Part shown: piece by piece, positions 60,389 through 64,000 of the stretch
How positions within the stretch are numbered: the stretch's first letter is position 1
Layout of the letters: every line of letters starts with the position of its first letter
Source of the DNA: Planctomycetota bacterium
GTDB lineage: Bacteria; Planctomycetota; UBA1135; UBA2386
Assembly: GCA_965228735.1 (NCBI GenBank)
Contig: OZ245838.1
Location: 4,544,001 to 4,608,000 of the forward strand
Reading direction: 5' to 3'
DNA length: 64,000 bases
Position numbers and translations under genes: made by a program
Notes under the pieces: generated by a model
The model's database searches: none
Told to the model about the DNA's origin: nothing
Seen by the model: only the letters and a program-made list of their open reading frames with translations

Positions 60389-60757
60389 ATGGCTGCAAAG
60401 AAGAACACCAAGCCCGGCTACGATTTCATCGTCGCCAGCCTCAAGAAGGACAAGAAGGTCTCCTACGCCGACATTGCCGCGGCGGCAAAGAAGAAGGGCC
60501 TGGCGGTCTATCCGATCATGTATGGCCGCGCCAAGGCCGCGCTCGGCCTCGTCCCGTCGAAGCCACGCGGCAGCAAGAAGAAGAAGGTCGGCCGACCCGC
60601 TGGCCGCCGCGGCCCGGGCCGCCCGCGCAAGAACCCGGCGCCGAGTTCCCTCGAGGGCATTCTCGCCGCGGTCAAGTCGAGCGAGGTCGACAAGGCCCGT
60701 TACCGCGAAGCGCTGGAGCAGGTCCAGGACATCATCGCCGACGCGCTGGCCGATTGA
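60389..60757 (+). CDS. Small basic protein with AT-hook motif, putative nucleoid-associated protein
   Basis: Lys/Ala-rich; KKKVGRPAGRRGPGRPRK; C-terminal helix; strong GC3 bias. Confidence 0.75.
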   Translation: MAAKKNTKPGYDFIVASLKKDKKVSYADIAAAAKKKGLAVYPIMYGRAKAALGLVPSKPRGSKKKKVGRPAGRRGPGRPRKNPAPSSLEGILAAVKSSEVDKARYREALEQVQDIIADALAD

Positions 60758-60769
60758 TCGAGCGATAGC

Positions 60770-60836
60770 CGGGTCTGGATCTTCGGGTCTGGATCTTCGG
60801 GTCTGGTCTTCGGCCGGGTCTTCGGGGCCTGGATCT
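60770..60836. repeat. Degenerate 14-bp tandem repeat CGGGTCTGGATCTT (2 perfect and 3 decayed copies)
   Basis: Units at 60770, 60784, 60798, 60811, 60823, between convergent genes. Confidence 0.8.
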
Positions 60837-61731
60837 ATCCGACGAGTTCACGCCAGGCCGGCGTGTAACGCTGCTCGAATCGTTCGGCGGCGTAAGCCTC
60901 GAAGCGCGCCGCGAGCGCCTGGGCCGCCGCGCCCGGCTCGCCGCCGTGTATCGCATCGCCGTCGAGGTGCGTAACCGCGGCAACGTCGCGCAGCGTGCTC
61001 GTCAGACACAGGTCCTCGGCGCGCCGGACGTCGGCGGGCGTCAGCTGTCGTTCGGCGGCCGGTTCCCCGCTCTGCGCGAGGCAATCGAGCACGAGCCGAC
61101 GGGTGACCCCGGCGAGCAATCCGTCCGCGAGCGGTGGCGTGCACCACTGCCCGTCGAGGAAGGCGAACAGGTTGGCCGTCGACGCCTCCGTGACGAAGCC
61201 CTGGGCGTTCGCCATCAGGCAGTCCGTCGCGCCCGCCGCCTGCGCCTCGGCCAGGCCGAGCACGCTGTTGAGGTAGTTGCCGCTCTTGGTCGCCGGGTCG
61301 AGCGCCCGGCGGTCGTTACGCAGCCGGTCGACGATGTGCAGTCTGGCCGGCAGCCCGCGCCCGGCCGGCAGCTCACGCACCATCACGACCCAGGTCAGCG
61401 GCCCGGTCGCGGTCGCGAGCCCGATGTTGGGCGCCGTCGCCGTGCCGCGCGTCACGATGATCCGCACGTAGGCCTCGGTCAGCTCCGCGGCTGCGAGCGT
61501 GTCGCGCACCCGCCCGGCGATCTCCCGCTCGTCGACGTCGAGCTCCATCAGGAGCCCCGCCGCCGACTCCCGTAGCCGCGCGAAGTGCTCCGGCCACGCG
61601 AACGGGACCGCGCCCGCGGTCCGCACCACCTCGTAGATCGAGTCGCCGAACAGGAACCCCCGGTCGAGCACGGGGACGTGCGCCCTGGCTTCCGGAACGA
61701 TCACGCCATCGAGATTGCAGAGATTGGCCAT
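60835..61731 (-). CDS. Class IV aminotransferase (IlvE/Dat/PabC-like)
   Basis: LDRGFLFGDSIYE, HF.RL, KSGNYL, EASTANLF, LAGVTR, TSTLR. Confidence 0.9.
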   Translation of the reverse strand: MANLCNLDGVIVPEARAHVPVLDRGFLFGDSIYEVVRTAGAVPFAWPEHFARLRESAAGLLMELDVDEREIAGRVRDTLAAAELTEAYVRIIVTRGTATAPNIGLATATGPLTWVVMVRELPAGRGLPARLHIVDRLRNDRRALDPATKSGNYLNSVLGLAEAQAAGATDCLMANAQGFVTEASTANLFAFLDGQWCTPPLADGLLAGVTRRLVLDCLAQSGEPAAERQLTPADVRRAEDLCLTSTLRDVAAVTHLDGDAIHGGEPGAAAQALAARFEAYAAERFEQRYTPAWRELVG

Positions 61732-61763
61732 GCAGGCGGGGATGGTAAGCTCCATGGAACTGC

Positions 61764-63215
61764 ATGTGCGGCTTCATCTCGATCTTCGGTCCCGACCAGA
61801 CCGACACCATTCACGACGTGCTCCAAGGGCTGCTGGCGATTCAGCACCGGGGGCAGGACGCGGCGGGCGTCGTCACGTTCAAGGATCGCTTCCAGGCCAA
61901 GAAGGGCTTGGGCCTCGTGCGCGAGGTGTTCGAGGACAAACACCTCCAGCGCCTCAAGGGGCCGCTCGCCGTCGGCCACGTGCGCTACCCGACGGTCGGC
62001 ATGGGTGAGGACACCGATGTGCAGCCGTTCTGGCTCGACTATCCGGTCGGCATCGCGATGGCGCACAACGGCAACGTCACCAACTTCCACGAGCTGCGCC
62101 GCGACTACTTCGGCAATCGCCACATCCACCTCGCGAGCAATTGCGACCTCGAGGCCGCGCTCTACGTCTTCGCCGATGCGCTGATGCGCCGCGGCCACGA
62201 CAACGTCGAGCTCGACGATGTGCGCGTGGCGGTCAAGGAAGTGTTCGACCGCGTCAAGGGCGCCTACTCCGTCGCCGGCATCACGGCCGAGGGCATGTAT
62301 GCGTTCCGCGATCCGTTCGGCATCAAGCCGATCATCTTCGGCAAGAAGGTGACGGACGAGGGCACGTGGTACGCGGTCGCGAGCGAGTCCGTCGTGCTCG
62401 ACGTCGCGGGCTACGAGGTCGTGCGCAACCTCGCTGCCGGCGAGATGCTGTGGATCGGCCAGGATCGCGAGCCGCACTTCGTGCAGGTCGGCGATCGCCC
62501 GCACCGGCCGTGCATCTTCGAATACATCTACTTCGCGCGCCCCGACTCCTTCCTCGACGACACCTCGGTCTACGAGGCGCGCATGGAGCTCGGCCGCCGG
62601 CTCGCGCGTTCGTTCCGCGATACGGGCCTGAAGGCCGACGTCGTCATCCCCGTGCCCGAGTCGGCCAAGACCGCCGCCCAGACGATGGCGGAAGAACTCG
62701 GGCTCCCGTGCCGCGAGGGCTTCGTCAAGAACCGCTACGTCGGGCGCACGTTCATCATGCCCAACGACGAGGCCCGCCGCGCCTCGATCCGCGCCAAGCT
62801 CAACCCGATCCGCGCCGAGTTCGAGGGCAAGGACGTGCTGATCCTCGACGACTCGATCGTGCGCGGCAACACGAGCAAGCAGATCATCGCGATCGCCCGC
62901 CAGATGGGCGCGCGCAAGGTCTACTTCGCGTCCTACTCCCCGCCGCTGCTCTACCCGTGCTTCTACGGCATCGACATGTCGACCAAGCGCGAGTTCGTGG
63001 CCCAGGGCCGCACCAACGAAGAACTCGCCAAGGAACTCGGCTGCGATCACGTGCTCTACCAGACCGTCGACGAGATGGTCGACGCCGTGCGCATCGCCGG
63101 CGGCCACGCCGACCGCACGTTCTGCACCGGCTGCTTCGAGGGCGAGTATCCGACCGGTGACATCACCGAGGGCATGATCTCGGACATCGAAGAGGACCGG
63201 ATGGCGGCGCGCTGA
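61764..63215 (+). CDS. purF: Amidophosphoribosyltransferase
   Basis: MCG, QHRGQDAAG, GHVRYPT, AHNGN, CIFEYIYFARPDS, DDSIVRGNT, CFYGID. Confidence 0.96.
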   Translation: MCGFISIFGPDQTDTIHDVLQGLLAIQHRGQDAAGVVTFKDRFQAKKGLGLVREVFEDKHLQRLKGPLAVGHVRYPTVGMGEDTDVQPFWLDYPVGIAMAHNGNVTNFHELRRDYFGNRHIHLASNCDLEAALYVFADALMRRGHDNVELDDVRVAVKEVFDRVKGAYSVAGITAEGMYAFRDPFGIKPIIFGKKVTDEGTWYAVASESVVLDVAGYEVVRNLAAGEMLWIGQDREPHFVQVGDRPHRPCIFEYIYFARPDSFLDDTSVYEARMELGRRLARSFRDTGLKADVVIPVPESAKTAAQTMAEELGLPCREGFVKNRYVGRTFIMPNDEARRASIRAKLNPIRAEFEGKDVLILDDSIVRGNTSKQIIAIARQMGARKVYFASYSPPLLYPCFYGIDMSTKREFVAQGRTNEELAKELGCDHVLYQTVDEMVDAVRIAGGHADRTFCTGCFEGEYPTGDITEGMISDIEEDRMAAR

Positions 63216-63234
63216 GCCGGCCGTCGGGAATGCG

Positions 63235-63960
63235 ATGACCCGCCCGACCGACGGGCCTGGGGAAGCGGCTCCGCTGACGCCGTTGTCCGAGTGGCTGCCC
63301 CCGGCGGTTCGCGCGGCTGTCGCCCCGATCGACCCGCGCATCGACGATCTGCACGCCGAAGAGGCGGCGCTGATCGAGCGGGCCGTCCCGGTGCGCCAGC
63401 GCGAGTTCGCGGCCGGGCGGCGACTCGCGCGGCGGTTGCTCGCCGAGCTCGGGTGCTCGCCGACGCCGCTACTGCGGCTATCGGATCGCAGTCCACGCTG
63501 GCCGGATCAGGTCGTCGGCACGATCGCGCACTCTCGCGAACTCTGCGCGGTCGCGGTCGCGTCGCGGGGTCATGGCATCGTCGGAGTCGGTCTCGACCTC
63601 GAACCCGATGCCGCGATGGCGCCGGAGCTCGCGAACCGGATCCTCACGGCGCGCGAGCAGGCCGCGGCGGCGGCGTTGACGCCGGCGGAACGCGGCCGGT
63701 ACGCCACCCTCGCTTTCGCGGTCAAGGAAGCGGTGTTCAAGTGCGTCCACCCGGTAGGCAACGACGGCCTCGAATTCTCGGCGGTCGAGGTCGAGCCAGA
63801 TCTCGTGAGCCTGGCCAGCGACCACTCGATGCTTCGAACTCGGCCCGCGGTGGATCTGTTGCGCCGTATCGGTTCCGCAACCCTGGAATGCGGCGCGGAG
63901 CGGCGCGCCGGGCATTGGCTCGTAGCTGCCTTGCTATCGACCGTGCCGGCGCGGCGCTGA
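63235..63960 (+). CDS. 4'-phosphopantetheinyl transferase (EntD/Sfp-like)
   Basis: RQREFAAGR, PRWP..VVGTIAH, VGLDLE, FAVKEAVFK. Confidence 0.88.
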   Translation: MTRPTDGPGEAAPLTPLSEWLPPAVRAAVAPIDPRIDDLHAEEAALIERAVPVRQREFAAGRRLARRLLAELGCSPTPLLRLSDRSPRWPDQVVGTIAHSRELCAVAVASRGHGIVGVGLDLEPDAAMAPELANRILTAREQAAAAALTPAERGRYATLAFAVKEAVFKCVHPVGNDGLEFSAVEVEPDLVSLASDHSMLRTRPAVDLLRRIGSATLECGAERRAGHWLVAALLSTVPARR

Positions 63961-64000
63961 TTCGAATCCCACTCTCTTCAAGGTGAGAGGGGCCGTTTCT

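Noticed and set aside
60770..60836. 14-bp repeat as a functional element
   Set aside because: Rapidly decaying copies between convergent stops; most simply explained by slippage.

Overview
High-GC (~70%) bacterial core-chromosome segment, probably from a Gram-negative, planctomycete-like organism. This is inference from the ACIII/caa3 operon, the Kdo/Lpt genes, a LepB with a large insertion and the rarity of Shine-Dalgarno motifs. The window spans the likely replication origin (dnaA-dnaN-dciA-gyrB). In order it holds: the 3' end of an alternative complex III (actE/F/G) with SCO and an A2-type caa3 oxidase; an SNF2 helicase/SWIM pair; nhaD; split pntA/pntB; pyrF with bacillithiol genes (bshC, bshB1, bshA) interrupted by an orphan parA and a degenerate histidine-kinase-like gene; a cysteine desulfurase; the oriC region; an MCE system (MCE protein with a trypsin-like tail, and an MlaF-MlaE fusion); tatA/B, ettA, FUN14 and DUF481; kdsD-kdsC, a giant LptC/A-like gene and lptD; scpA; a sugar kinase/HIT cluster; fmt-rsmB; Hpt, leuA-like, lysC and lepB; an AT-hook nucleoid-like protein; a class IV aminotransferase, purF and a PPTase. 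I saw no CRISPR array, rRNA, complete tRNA, transposase or integrase. The best candidates for undescribed biology are the orphan ParA plus pseudo-kinase pair, the MCE-pseudoprotease plus fused MlaFE transporter, the ~1000-aa Lpt bridge protein, the AT-hook protein, the 15-bp repeat array at oriC, and a window-wide pattern of leaderless or near-leaderless starts and CTG starts. All protein calls are by-eye motif recognition; no database searches were run.
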